Source: Gaiellales bacterium (GTDB lineage Bacteria > Actinomycetota > Thermoleophilia > Gaiellales > JAICJC01). Taken from it: a DNA stretch of 64,000 nt. Made by a program: the position numbers and the translations under genes. The notes beneath the pieces were generated by a model, which saw only the letters and a list, made by a program, of their open reading frames with translations, was not told the DNA's origin and did not search any database. Of this stretch, positions 1 to 8,544 are shown in pieces (position 1 is the stretch's first letter; each line of letters begins with the position of its first letter). The stretch covers positions 748-64,747 of the forward strand of contig DASUHM010000002.1 in assembly GCA_036273515.1 (NCBI GenBank), given 5' to 3'.

Positions 1-1386
1 CAGGTGGATCGGCCGGCCCAGGGCGACGAGCGCGGCCTCCTTGACCGCCTCCGCCAGCGTTGGGTGCGCGGCGATCGAGTCGGCCACGGTGTCGATGGTC
101 GACTCGGCGCCGATGCCGATCACGCCCGCGTTCACGAGCTCGGTCGCCTGCGGACCGACGATGACGAGGCCGAGCAGCTCGCCGTAGCGGGTCTCGTGGA
201 TCGTCTTCGCCCAGCCGCCCTTCTCGGCGTACATCTGCGCCCGCGCGGACGCGGAGAACGGGAAGCGGCCGGTGACGATCGAGTCGTCGCCGTGCTGCTG
301 GCGCGCCTGCGCCTCGGTCAGGCCGACGGCGGCCACCTCGGGATCGGTGTAGACGCAGCGCGGCACCGCTGTGTAGTCCATTTCGGCCTCGTGGCCGAGC
401 GCGTTCTCGGCGGCGATTTCGCCCTCGCGGAACGACGTGTGCGCGAGCTGGTAGACGCCGGCGACGTCGCCGACCGCGTAGATGTGCTCCACGTTCGTGC
501 GCATGTGCCTGTCGGCGATCACGCCCTTGCGCGGGTCGAAGTCGACTCCCGCCTTGTCGAGGCCGATGTCGGCGGTGCTCGCCCCGCGCCCGGTCGCGAC
601 CAGCACGAGGTCGGCATCGACCGTGCCCGGCTTGCCGTCGCCGCCCTCGTAGTGCAGCGTGACGCCGCCGTCGCTCTCGGCGATCTCGGTCGCCTTCGCG
701 CCCAGGTGCGTGGTGATCCCGCGGCGCTTGAACGCGCGTTCGAGCTCCTTCGAGGCGTCGGCGTCCTCCATCGGGATCAGGTGCTCGAGCATCTCGACGA
801 TCGTCACCTCGGCGCCGAAATGCTTGAAGATCGACGCGAATTCGACGCCGATCACGCCGCCGCCCAGGATCACGAGCCGCTTCGGCACCTCGCCGATCTC
901 GAGCAGGCCGGTGGAGTCGACGCATCGAGGGCCGTCGATGCCCTTGACGGGCGGGCGCAGCGAGTGCGACCCGGTCGCGATGACGGCCGAGCGGAAGGTG
1001 ACGTCCTCCCCGCCCTCGACGGCGATCGTGTTCGGGCCCGTGAAGGCGCCGCGGCCGTTCACGATCGTGATGCCGTTCGCCTTGACGACGCCGGTGATCC
1101 CGTTGACGAGTCCGTCGACGATGCCCTGCTTGTTCGTCTGGGCCTGGCCGAAGTCGAGCTCGGGCGCGGACACGCGCACGCCGATCTTGGCGAACGTCTC
1201 GCGCGCTTCCTTGATTCCGTGCGCCGTCTGCACCCACGCCTTCGTGGGGATGCAGCCGACCGTGATGCAGGTCCCGCCGACGCGGTCCTGCTCGATCAGG
1301 ACGACGTTGGCGCCCAGCTGTGCCGCCCGGATGGCGGCCGGGTAGCCGCCCGGCCCTCCGCCCAGGACGGCGACGTCACAGTCCAT
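1..1386 (-). CDS. lpdA: Dihydrolipoyl dehydrogenase (E3); C-terminal part lies outside the window
   Basis: Reverse translation from ATG at 1386 gives MDCDVAVLGGGPGGYPAAIRAAQLGANVVLIEQDRVGGTCITVGCIPTKAW. This contains the FAD GxGxxG motif and the redox-active CxxxxC disulfide motif. The frame stays open to base 1. It is absent from the ORF track because there is no stop in the window. SD GAGGGAG lies about 8 nt upstream. Confidence 0.9.
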   Translation of the reverse strand, partial: MDCDVAVLGGGPGGYPAAIRAAQLGANVVLIEQDRVGGTCITVGCIPTKAWVQTAHGIKEARETFAKIGVRVSAPELDFGQAQTNKQGIVDGLVNGITGVVKANGITIVNGRGAFTGPNTIAVEGGEDVTFRSAVIATGSHSLRPPVKGIDGPRCVDSTGLLEIGEVPKRLVILGGGVIGVEFASIFKHFGAEVTIVEMLEHLIPMEDADASKELERAFKRRGITTHLGAKATEIAESDGGVTLHYEGGDGKPGTVDADLVLVATGRGASTADIGLDKAGVDFDPRKGVIADRHMRTNVEHIYAVGDVAGVYQLAHTSFREGEIAAENALGHEAEMDYTAVPRCVYTDPEVAAVGLTEAQARQQHGDDSIVTGRFPFSASARAQMYAEKGGWAKTIHETRYGELLGLVIVGPQATELVNAGVIGIGAESTIDTVADSIAAHPTLAEAVKEAALVALGRPIHL

Positions 1387-1433
1387 CGACTCGCTCCCTC
1401 GCTCGCTTTCGCGGGCATCCTAGTCGTGAATAA

Positions 1434-1449
1434 GCGGGGTCTGACCCGC
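1434..1449. repeat. Imperfect copy of the GGGGTCWGACCCC palindromic repeat (gcGGGGTCTGACCCgc)
   Basis: Sits directly after the cupin gene stop (1450-1452), in the 63-nt gap before lpd. It shares the GGGGTCTGACCC core with the other copies. Confidence 0.5.
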
Positions 1450-2103
1450 TCATTCAGGCTTGGGGAACGCCGGGTCGTCCCGGATCGAGTCCAGGTCGGA
1501 GTCGTCGGCGGCCCACTCGGCCACGCGCGGGTCGTTCGCGGCGGCGATCGCGAGATGCTCGAGCGCCTTGTCGCGGCGGCCGGCCAGGGCCTGGAAGCAC
1601 GCCAGCTGGTAGTTCAGCTGCCCGGACTCGGGCCACTCGCTGAGCCCCTCCGAGGCCACCTCGATCGCGCCGTCGTAGTCGCCCGCGTTGTACGGCGCCT
1701 CGGCCGCGAACCAGTACTCGAAGGGCGAGGTCGGGATCGGGGAGTCGGCGGGCCCGCCCACGACCAGCACGGTCGTCGCGTCGGCGGTGGCGACGGCGCC
1801 GCGCCTGGCGTTGACGTCCGGGACGAACACCATGGTGCCCGCGGGCGCGTCCACGGTCTCCCCCGCCACGGTGAACTCGGCGTGGCCCGCGACCACCATG
1901 TACAGCTCCTCCTGCCGGCCGGAACCGCCGCCCGCGCCCTCCGTGTGCTGCTCGACGACCTGGTCGCCGGCCTTGTCGGCGGTGTAGGCGTTGATGCCGA
2001 ACGCGCGCACGCCCAGCCGACGGCGGATCGGCCGGTACTGGCCGCCGGCCACCTCGATGCGGTCGAGGTCGTCGAGATGGGCGACGCGGTAGGAGCCGCT
2101 CAC
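1450..2103 (-). CDS. Cupin-domain protein with C-terminal TPR-like helical region
   Basis: 217-aa ORF. The N-terminal half has a cupin beta-barrel pattern (VVEQHTE ... ELYMVVAGHAEFTV ... GTMVFVP). The C-terminal ~70 aa are helical and TPR-like. The GTG start overlaps the upstream stop (GTGA at 2100-2103). Confidence 0.6.
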   Translation of the reverse strand: MSGSYRVAHLDDLDRIEVAGGQYRPIRRRLGVRAFGINAYTADKAGDQVVEQHTEGAGGGSGRQEELYMVVAGHAEFTVAGETVDAPAGTMVFVPDVNARRGAVATADATTVLVVGGPADSPIPTSPFEYWFAAEAPYNAGDYDGAIEVASEGLSEWPESGQLNYQLACFQALAGRRDKALEHLAIAAANDPRVAEWAADDSDLDSIRDDPAFPKPE

Positions 2104-2357
2104 GCTCCGGCCGTCTCGCCGGGCTCGCCGATCCAGGCGATCGTCGCGCCGGGCGGGTACTCGACGCCGGGCGTGCCGACGACCTCGAGCAGGACGCCGT
2201 CGGCCTCGGCCTCGACCTCCTGCGTCACCTTGTCGGTGTCGAGCTCGTAGAGCGGGTCGCCGCGGTGGACGGCCTGTCCCGGCTCCACCAGGAACCGGAT
2301 CAGGACGGCCGGCGCGTCCTCCTCGCCCAGGCTGGGAACCGTCACTGGGGTCGCCAT
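2100..2357 (-). CDS. Free-standing lipoyl-attachment domain protein (85 aa)
   Basis: From the internal ATG at 2357 of ORF 2100..2510: MATPVTVPSLGEEDAPAVLIRFLVEPGQAVHRGDPLYELDTDKVTQEVEAEADGVLLEV. This is the E2/GcvH-type lipoyl domain, with the modifiable Lys in DTDKV. The upstream part of the track ORF is Ser/Arg-rich and would overlap pdhA. Confidence 0.75.
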   Translation of the reverse strand: MATPVTVPSLGEEDAPAVLIRFLVEPGQAVHRGDPLYELDTDKVTQEVEAEADGVLLEVVGTPGVEYPPGATIAWIGEPGETAGA

Positions 2358-2378
2358 CGCGGGCGCAAGCCTAGCGTC

Positions 2379-2384
2379 TAGTGT
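2379..2384 (+). promoter_or_regulatory. -10 box TAGTGT, 7 nt upstream of the pdhA ATG (leaderless candidate)
   Basis: Sequence is TAGTGT tcctgat ATG. Only 34 bp separate the divergent lipoyl-domain and pdhA start codons, and there is no SD. Confidence 0.5.
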
Positions 2385-2391
2385 TCCTGAT

Positions 2392-3468
2392 ATGGCGAAG
2401 ACCGCGGCGGGCGAGGCTTCGGTTCTGAACGACCGAGAGCACGCGCTCGACCTCTTCCGGCAGATGGCGCTGATCCGCCGGTTCGAGGAACGAACCGAGG
2501 AGCAGTACACCAGGGCCCGGATCGGCGGCTACTGCCATCTCGCGATCGGCGAGGAGGCTTCGTCGGTGGGCGCGATCGACGCGCTCGTCGACGGCGACGC
2601 CCTCTACGCCAGCTACCGCGACCATGGCACCGCCCTCGCGGTCGGAAGCCCTGCGGCGGCGGTCATGGCGGAGCTCTTCGGCAAGGAGTCGGGCGTTGCC
2701 CACGGCCGCGGCGGCTCGATGCACCTGCTCGACGTGGAACGCCACTTCTACGGCGGCTGGGGCATCGTCGGGGCGCATCTGCCGATCGCCACCGGAACCG
2801 CCCTCGCGATGACCTATCGGGAGCTCCCGTTCGCCGTCCTGTGCCAGTTCGGCGACGGCGCCGTGGCGACCGGGTCGTTCCACGAGGCGCTCAACCTGGC
2901 CGCGGTCTGGGATCTCCCCATCGTGTTCCATGCGATCAACAACCAGTACGGGATGGGGACGTCGGTGCAGCAGTCGAACGCCGAGCCCGAGCTGTGGAAG
3001 CGGGCCGCCGCGTACCGCATGCACGGCGAGCAGGTCGATGGCAACGACGTGCTCGCGGTGCGCGAGGCGGCCGACCGGCTCCTGCGCCAGGCGCGCGAGG
3101 AGCGCCGGCCGGCGTTGCTCGAGACGATCACCTACCGCTACCGGGGCCACTCGGTGGCCGACGCCGGCAAGGTCTACCGCACCGCCGACGAGGTGCGCTC
3201 CTGGCGCGAGCGCGACCCGATCACGCGCTACGGCCTGCTGCTCGGCGAGCGCGGCCTCGCCACCGCCGCCGATCTCGACGCGATCTGGCAGGACGTCTCG
3301 GCCGTGGTGAAGGACGCGATCGACAAGGCGGTCGCCGCGGCGGCGCCCGGGCGCGACAGCCTCTACGAGCACCTCTACGGCGACCCGGCCCACGAGGAGC
3401 AGTTCTCCCGCATGCAGTCGGGTGCCCCCTACGGCGAGCGCGGAGGCGAGCAGACATGGCCGACGTGA
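2392..3468 (+). CDS. pdhA: 2-oxo acid (pyruvate/acetoin-type) dehydrogenase E1 alpha subunit
   Basis: 358-aa ORF with the TPP-binding motif GDGAVATGSFHEALNLAAVWDLPIVFHAINNQYG. The E1-alpha N-terminus reads FRQMALIRRFEE. The E1 beta gene follows. Confidence 0.9.
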   Translation: MAKTAAGEASVLNDREHALDLFRQMALIRRFEERTEEQYTRARIGGYCHLAIGEEASSVGAIDALVDGDALYASYRDHGTALAVGSPAAAVMAELFGKESGVAHGRGGSMHLLDVERHFYGGWGIVGAHLPIATGTALAMTYRELPFAVLCQFGDGAVATGSFHEALNLAAVWDLPIVFHAINNQYGMGTSVQQSNAEPELWKRAAAYRMHGEQVDGNDVLAVREAADRLLRQAREERRPALLETITYRYRGHSVADAGKVYRTADEVRSWRERDPITRYGLLLGERGLATAADLDAIWQDVSAVVKDAIDKAVAAAAPGRDSLYEHLYGDPAHEEQFSRMQSGAPYGERGGEQTWPT

Positions 3469-4445
3469 CCTACCGCGAGGCGCTGCGCCTGGCCCTCGAC
3501 GAGGAGCTCGGCCGCGACCAGGACGTTTTTCTGATGGGCGAGGAGATCGGGCGTTTCGAGGGCTCCTACAAGGTCACCGCCGGCCTGTGGCAGAAGTACG
3601 GCGCGACCCGCGTACGGGAGACGCCCATCTCCGAGGAGGGCTTCGTCGGCGCGGGCATCGGCGCGGCCATGATGGGCCTGCGGCCGGTAATCGAGATCAT
3701 GACGATCAACTTCATCCTGGTGGCGATGGACCAGGTCATCAACCACGCCGCCAAGATCCGCTACATGTTCGGCGGCAAGGTGGGCGTGCCGCTCGTGATC
3801 CGCGCGCCGGGCGGTGCCGGCGCCCAGTTGACCGCCCAGCACTCGCAGTCGCTCGAGGCCTGGTTCGCCGGCTGCCCGGGCCTGAAGGTGGTCTCGCCGG
3901 CAACGCCGGCGGACGCCTACGGGATGCTGAAGACGGCGATCCGCGACGACGACCCGGTGCTCTTCTGCGAGAACCTGGTGCTCTACAACCTGACCGGCGC
4001 CCTGCCCGAGAACGGCGACGGCCTCGTCCCGCTCGGCCGGGCCGCGATCGCCCGCGAGGGCACCGATCTCACCCTCGTCGCCCACTCCTACACCGTGCAG
4101 CGGGCGCTGCGCGTCGCCGACCGGCTCTCGCAGGACGGGATCTCGGTCGAGGTCGTCGACCTGCGGTCGCTGCGGCCGCTCGACGTCGACACGGTGGCGG
4201 AGTCGGTGCGCAAGACGAACCGGGTGCTGGTCGCCGAGGAGGGCTGGTCGACCTACGGCGTCGGTGCCGAGCTGGCGGCCCGCCTGCAGCGGGTCTGCTT
4301 CGACGACCTGGACGCGCCCGTCGAGCGGGTCGGCCAGGCCGAGGTGCCCATGCCCTACGCGAAGCCGCTCGAGCTCGCCGCGCTGCCGCTCGAGTCGAAG
4401 ATCGAGGCCGCCGCGCGCTCGTTGCTGGCCGAGTGCGGACTGTAA
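3456..4445 (+). CDS. pdhB: 2-oxo acid dehydrogenase E1 beta subunit
   Basis: Internal ATG at 3456 of ORF 2841..4445 gives MADVTYREALRLALDEELGRDQDVFLMGEEIGRFEGSYKVTAGL, a typical E1-beta N-terminus. It overlaps the pdhA 3' end by 13 nt. Confidence 0.9.
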   Translation: MADVTYREALRLALDEELGRDQDVFLMGEEIGRFEGSYKVTAGLWQKYGATRVRETPISEEGFVGAGIGAAMMGLRPVIEIMTINFILVAMDQVINHAAKIRYMFGGKVGVPLVIRAPGGAGAQLTAQHSQSLEAWFAGCPGLKVVSPATPADAYGMLKTAIRDDDPVLFCENLVLYNLTGALPENGDGLVPLGRAAIAREGTDLTLVAHSYTVQRALRVADRLSQDGISVEVVDLRSLRPLDVDTVAESVRKTNRVLVAEEGWSTYGVGAELAARLQRVCFDDLDAPVERVGQAEVPMPYAKPLELAALPLESKIEAAARSLLAECGL

Positions 4446-4454
4446 GGTTCGCCC

Positions 4455-5735
4455 ATGTCTGAAGAGCTCACCATGCCCCGCCTCTCCGACACGATGGAGC
4501 AGGGCACCATCGGCCGGTGGCTGAAGCGCGAGGGCGAGAGCTTCCACGAGGGCGACGTGATCGCCGAGATCGAGACCGACAAGGCCACGATGGACTTCCA
4601 GGCCTACGAGGACGGCACGATGCTGCGGATCCTCGTCGGCGACGGCGAGTCCGCCGCCCTGGGCGCACCGATCGCGATCATCGGCGCCGAGGGCGAGGAG
4701 GTGCCCGCCGACGCGCCGGCCGCGGCCTCCGCGAACGGCGGCGGCCGCGACAACGGCGCCGCCGAGCCGGCGCCCGCGGCCGAACCCGAGGCCGAGGCCA
4801 AGGAAGAGGCGCCGGTCGCGACCGTGACCGAGGAAGCCCCCTCCGACGGGGGCGGCCTGCGCGCCAGCCCGATCGCGCGCCGGATGGCCGACGCGGGCGG
4901 GCTCGACCTGCGCACCCTGGCGGGCAAGGGCACCGGGCCCGACGGCCGCATCGTCAAGGCCGACGTCGAGAAGGCGCTCGCGGGCGGCGTGACGCCCGCG
5001 CCGGCGGCCCCGGCCGCAGCCCAGGCCGCGCCGCCGCCTCCGGGCGAGGGCGACGACGTGCGCGAGCTGACGCCGATGCTGAAGGCCGTCGCCCGGCGCA
5101 TGGCCGAATCCAAGGCGACCGTCCCCCACTTCTACGTCAGCTCCGAGATCGACATGACCCGCGCCCTCGAGCTGCGGGCCGAGTTGAACGAGGCCCTCGC
5201 CGACTCCGGCGAGAAGGTGAGCGTGAACGACCTGATCGTGCGCGCGTGCGCCCAGGCGCTGGTGCAGCACCCGCAGGCGCACCGCTCCTACGTCGACGGT
5301 CACCACGTCTACCACTCCCATGTGCACGTCGGGATCGCGGTGGCGCTCGACGACGGCCTGATCGTCCCGGTGCTGCGCGACGCCGACACGAAGGGCGTGC
5401 GCCGGCTCGCGGCCGAGACGCGCGACCTGGTCAAGCGGGCCCGCGACGGGAAGCTGCGCCAGTCCGAGATCGAGGGCGCCACGTTCACGGTCTCGAACAT
5501 GGGCATGTTCGACGTCGCCGCCTTCTCGGCGATCATCAACCCGCCCGAGTCGACCATCCTGGCGGTGTCGAGCACGGTCGAGCGCGCGGTCGTCCGCGAC
5601 GGCGCCGTCGTCCCGCGCAAGATCATGTCGGTGACCCTCTCCTGCGACCATCGCGCCTGCTCGGGCGCCGACGGCGCGCGGCTGCTCCAGACCGTCAAAC
5701 GCCATCTCGAGGCGCCGACGCTCCTGCTCGCATGA
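4455..5735 (+). CDS. pdhC: Dihydrolipoamide acyltransferase (E2)
   Basis: 426-aa ORF with a lipoyl domain (EIETDKATMD), an Ala/Pro/Glu linker, a peripheral-subunit-binding domain (ASPIARRMA...GTGPDGRIVKADVE) and the catalytic DHRACSGADG motif. Confidence 0.9.
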   Translation: MSEELTMPRLSDTMEQGTIGRWLKREGESFHEGDVIAEIETDKATMDFQAYEDGTMLRILVGDGESAALGAPIAIIGAEGEEVPADAPAAASANGGGRDNGAAEPAPAAEPEAEAKEEAPVATVTEEAPSDGGGLRASPIARRMADAGGLDLRTLAGKGTGPDGRIVKADVEKALAGGVTPAPAAPAAAQAAPPPPGEGDDVRELTPMLKAVARRMAESKATVPHFYVSSEIDMTRALELRAELNEALADSGEKVSVNDLIVRACAQALVQHPQAHRSYVDGHHVYHSHVHVGIAVALDDGLIVPVLRDADTKGVRRLAAETRDLVKRARDGKLRQSEIEGATFTVSNMGMFDVAAFSAIINPPESTILAVSSTVERAVVRDGAVVPRKIMSVTLSCDHRACSGADGARLLQTVKRHLEAPTLLLA

Positions 5736-5750
5736 CCCCGGCAGGGCACG

Positions 5751-5756
5751 TACACT
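5751..5756 (+). promoter_or_regulatory. -10 box TACACT, 7 nt upstream of the CBS gene ATG
   Basis: Sequence is TACACT cgggctg ATG(5764), the same geometry as the other leaderless candidates. Confidence 0.35.
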
Positions 5757-5763
5757 CGGGCTG

Positions 5764-6225
5764 ATGGAACTGACGGACGTGATGGCGACGCACGTGGTGA
5801 CGGTGTCGCCCGACACCCAGATCGGTGACGCGGCCCGCCACATGGTCGAGGCCGACGTCGGCGCCGCGATGGTGGTCGACGAGGCGGGCAACCTGGTCGG
5901 CGTGATCAGCGAGCGCGACCTGATGCGCTGCGTGAGCGACGGCACCGACCCGGCCACGCCCGTCAGCGAGCGGATGACCAGCCACGTCCTCACCGCCGCC
6001 CCGGACACGAACATCCCCGAGGCGATGGCGCTCATGGTCGACGGCCACTTCCGCCACCTGCCGGTGGTGAACGGCGACGGCCAGGTGGTCGGCGTCATCT
6101 CGATGCGCGATCTGATGGCCTACACCTCGCTGCGGCTGCGCGGCGGCAGCCTCGGCCACGACGACGATCTCGACCCGGCCGAGGTGATCGCCACGATCTT
6201 CCGCATGCGCACCGGCGCCGCCTGA
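5764..6225 (+). CDS. CBS-domain pair protein
   Basis: 153-aa ORF with two CBS repeats (MATHVVTVSPDT...GVISERDLMR and MTSHVLTAAPDT...GVISMRDLM). Confidence 0.85.
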   Translation: MELTDVMATHVVTVSPDTQIGDAARHMVEADVGAAMVVDEAGNLVGVISERDLMRCVSDGTDPATPVSERMTSHVLTAAPDTNIPEAMALMVDGHFRHLPVVNGDGQVVGVISMRDLMAYTSLRLRGGSLGHDDDLDPAEVIATIFRMRTGAA

Positions 6226-6227
6226 TC

Positions 6228-6240
6228 GGGGTCAGACCCC
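6228..6240. repeat. GGGGTCAGACCCC perfect 13-nt palindrome (REP-like), 3 nt after the CBS stop
   Basis: Read directly from the sequence. It belongs to the family also seen at 13878, 25034, 34745 and 58363. Confidence 0.8.
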
Positions 6241-6285
6241 GAACGGCGGGCGCGCGCAAGCCGTTGCGCTTCCGTGACCACCGTT

Positions 6286-6302
6286 AAGGGGACTGTCCCC
6301 TT
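6286..6302. terminator. Second GC hairpin AAGGGGAC-T-GTCCCCTT between the convergent CBS and GFA genes
   Basis: Perfect 17-nt palindrome about 34 nt downstream of the GFA stop. There is no U-tract. It could act as a bidirectional terminator or REP variant. Confidence 0.4.
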
Positions 6303-6335
6303 GACGGGCGGCCCGGGGCCAGGTCCCGCTTCCAG

Positions 6336-6677
6336 TCACGAGTCCCAGGGGTACTCGTCGTGCTGAGGCAGGTCGTCCGAGATCTCGTACCACGGGGCCT
6401 TGGATCCGACGAACATGTGGGCCATCGGCCTGAGGGCGGGTTCGTCGATCCGCGTGCCGTACGGCACGCGGACATACATGCCTTCGGGCGCCGTGCGCGT
6501 GAAGTAGACAAGCGACCAGCACTCTCGGCAGCCCATTGCGTGGTCCGGGCCGTTGTCCTCGATCACGGCAGAGCCGGTCGTCGCGCGGCAATTGGAGCAA
6601 TGGCAGTTGTAGGCGACGATGAACTCGCCGGCGACCTCGTACTGCACCGCACGGCATCCGCAGCGCCCCCGGAGCAT
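6336..6677 (-). CDS. GFA (glutathione-dependent formaldehyde-activating / CENP-V) family zinc protein
   Basis: 113-aa ORF with the Cys pattern CGCRAV ... CHCSNCR that is typical of the GFA fold. Confidence 0.7.
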   Translation of the reverse strand: MLRGRCGCRAVQYEVAGEFIVAYNCHCSNCRATTGSAVIEDNGPDHAMGCRECWSLVYFTRTAPEGMYVRVPYGTRIDEPALRPMAHMFVGSKAPWYEISDDLPQHDEYPWDS

Positions 6678-6683
6678 CCCGGC

Positions 6684-7880
6684 TCAGATCTGCCAGGCGC
6701 CGTTACGGAGCACGGGCACGCGGTCGCCCGAGGCCGTGACGCCGGTGACGTCGACCTCGGGGGAGCCGATCATGAAGTCGACGTGGATATCGCTGCGGTT
6801 GATCCGCTCGCGGTCAGCCTCCTCGACGGCCCAGTCGAAGCCCTGGCCAAGGGCGATGTGGCTGGCCGCGTTCTCGTCGAGCAGCGTGTCGTAGAAGACG
6901 GTGTCGAGCGGGCCGATGCGCCCGCCGGCGTCGACGAGCGCGAGCTCGCCGAGGCGGCCGGCGCCCTCGTCGCGCTCCGCGTACGCCTTGAGGACGTCGC
7001 CATTCTCGTCGGCGTCGATCGACGTCACCCGGCCGCCCTCGAAGCGCACCTCCAGGCCGCGTACGATCGTGCCGGAGAGCTCGCGCGGCTTCGTCGCGCG
7101 AACGGCGCCGTCGACCCGCTCGGGATCGGGCGTCGTGAAGACTTCCTCGGTGGGCAGATTGGCGCGATGCGGAAGCCCCCACGCGGTCGACATGCCCCCG
7201 CCGTTCCAGTTCGAGCCGGGCAGGAGGCCGACGCGCAGATCGGTGCCGGGCCCTTCCAGGTGGATGGTGTCGAAGCGGCGCTCGTTCAGGGCCCCGCAGG
7301 CCCGCTTCAGCTCGTCGATCCGCGCCGACCACGCAGCGACGGGATCGTCCGTGTCGAGCCGGCAGACGATCGCGATCTCCTCCCACAGCCGGTCGAGCGC
7401 CGCGTCGGGCTCGAGGTCGGGGTGCACGAGCGTCGCCCAGCCCTCGGTCGGGCACGGCACGATCGACCAGTTGTTGCGGGCCTCGGTCATGTTCTCGGTC
7501 TGCTGCTTCTGCGCCGGCGGACGGTCGCGGCCGATCCGGGACGGGTCGATGCCGTCGAGCAACCCCGGCGCGACGGGCCCGCTGAGCGCGATGATCGCGC
7601 CCTTGTGGATGCCGTGCTGGCGCACCATCTCGACGACCCACTCCGGCTCGTAGCCGAGCGCCTCGTCGACCGCGTGCTGGAGCCGTGCCCGCTGGACGTA
7701 GGGGTCGCGGTAGATCATGTCCACGTACACCGCGCCGGCCTGGTAGGTGAGCTCGACGATCTTGCGGGCCAGCGCCTCCTGCCCGATCGAGGCGATGATC
7801 ATCACCCGCTGGCCCGGCTGGACATTGGCTCCGAACCCGACGGCGAGCTTTGCCAACCTGTCCAGCGTGGCGGAATCCAC
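6684..7880 (-). CDS. Aminopeptidase, M29 (AmpS / aminopeptidase T) family
   Basis: Lies within ORF 6684..8186. The conserved region starts at VDSATLDRLAKLAVGFGANVQPGQRVMI. I propose the GTG start at 7880, preceded by tAGGAt 8 nt upstream. The further upstream part of the track ORF is Ala/Arg-rich and overlaps a plus-strand ORF. Confidence 0.8.
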   Translation of the reverse strand: MDSATLDRLAKLAVGFGANVQPGQRVMIIASIGQEALARKIVELTYQAGAVYVDMIYRDPYVQRARLQHAVDEALGYEPEWVVEMVRQHGIHKGAIIALSGPVAPGLLDGIDPSRIGRDRPPAQKQQTENMTEARNNWSIVPCPTEGWATLVHPDLEPDAALDRLWEEIAIVCRLDTDDPVAAWSARIDELKRACGALNERRFDTIHLEGPGTDLRVGLLPGSNWNGGGMSTAWGLPHRANLPTEEVFTTPDPERVDGAVRATKPRELSGTIVRGLEVRFEGGRVTSIDADENGDVLKAYAERDEGAGRLGELALVDAGGRIGPLDTVFYDTLLDENAASHIALGQGFDWAVEEADRERINRSDIHVDFMIGSPEVDVTGVTASGDRVPVLRNGAWQI

Positions 7881-7920
7881 AGACGGGATCCTAATCCCGG
7901 CTGCGATACTTCCGTCGCAG

Positions 7921-8484
7921 ATGCGCACCAACACGCTCGCTCGCGGGCTGGCCCTGGCCGGAGTCGCCGCTGCATCGGCGACGGCCGCGCACGGCGGCGC
8001 GGCTGCGCTGGCCGATCCGGCGTGGTCGATCCCCGCCCTCGGTGCGGCATCGGCGGGCGCGATCGCGCTCGTGCACATGGCCTCTTCGGCTCGACGAGCG
8101 CGACACGCGGCGGCCCGCGCCCGGCGCGGGACACCGCTGATTGCGGCGCACACGCCGCTCGGCCTCCCGGAGACGGCGGCGGTCATGCTCGCCGCTCAGG
8201 GCTGCGCCCACGTCGCCCTGCTCGCCGCCGGCGCGCCGGCGCACACCGGCCAGGCAGGCGCCCTTGCGCTCCACACCGCTCTCGCCCTGCTCGGCGCGGG
8301 CCTCGTCCGGAGCGCCGACCGGGCCCTCGGGCTCGCCCTCGAGGGCCTTGGTGACGCGGTCATGGCGGCCATGGAGCTGCTCCTGCGCCTGGCGACGCCG
8401 CCGCGACCCGTGCCGATCGCGGCACCGGCCGGGCGCCTCGCGTTCGGCGCGCATCGCGGCCGCGGGCCGCCCACGCCTCCCTGA
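7921..8484 (+). CDS. Hypothetical Ala/His-rich membrane or secreted protein upstream of copCD
   Basis: ATG at 7921 inside ORF 7747..8484 gives MRTNTLARGLALAGVAAASATAAHGGAAALADP. This is signal/TM-like, with strong GC3 bias and several His within hydrophobic stretches. I recognise no family. Confidence 0.4.
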   Translation: MRTNTLARGLALAGVAAASATAAHGGAAALADPAWSIPALGAASAGAIALVHMASSARRARHAAARARRGTPLIAAHTPLGLPETAAVMLAAQGCAHVALLAAGAPAHTGQAGALALHTALALLGAGLVRSADRALGLALEGLGDAVMAAMELLLRLATPPRPVPIAAPAGRLAFGAHRGRGPPTPP

Positions 8485-8544
8485 AACCGGCCGACTCCGG
8501 CACGCGTAGCCGGATGAACCGAACCCAGGAGGTCGACCCCGTCC

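Noticed and set aside
4-2250. 748-aa plus-strand ORF covering the lpd, cupin and lipoyl genes
   Set aside because: It is Arg/Asp/Gly/Ala/His-rich with no recognisable family. It is antisense to three ORFs with clear motifs, which is a typical high-GC shadow ORF.
3429-6098. 889-aa minus-strand ORF across pdhB, E2 and CBS
   Set aside because: It is antisense to genes with unmistakable E1-beta and E2 motifs. Its composition is dominated by R, G, A and D.
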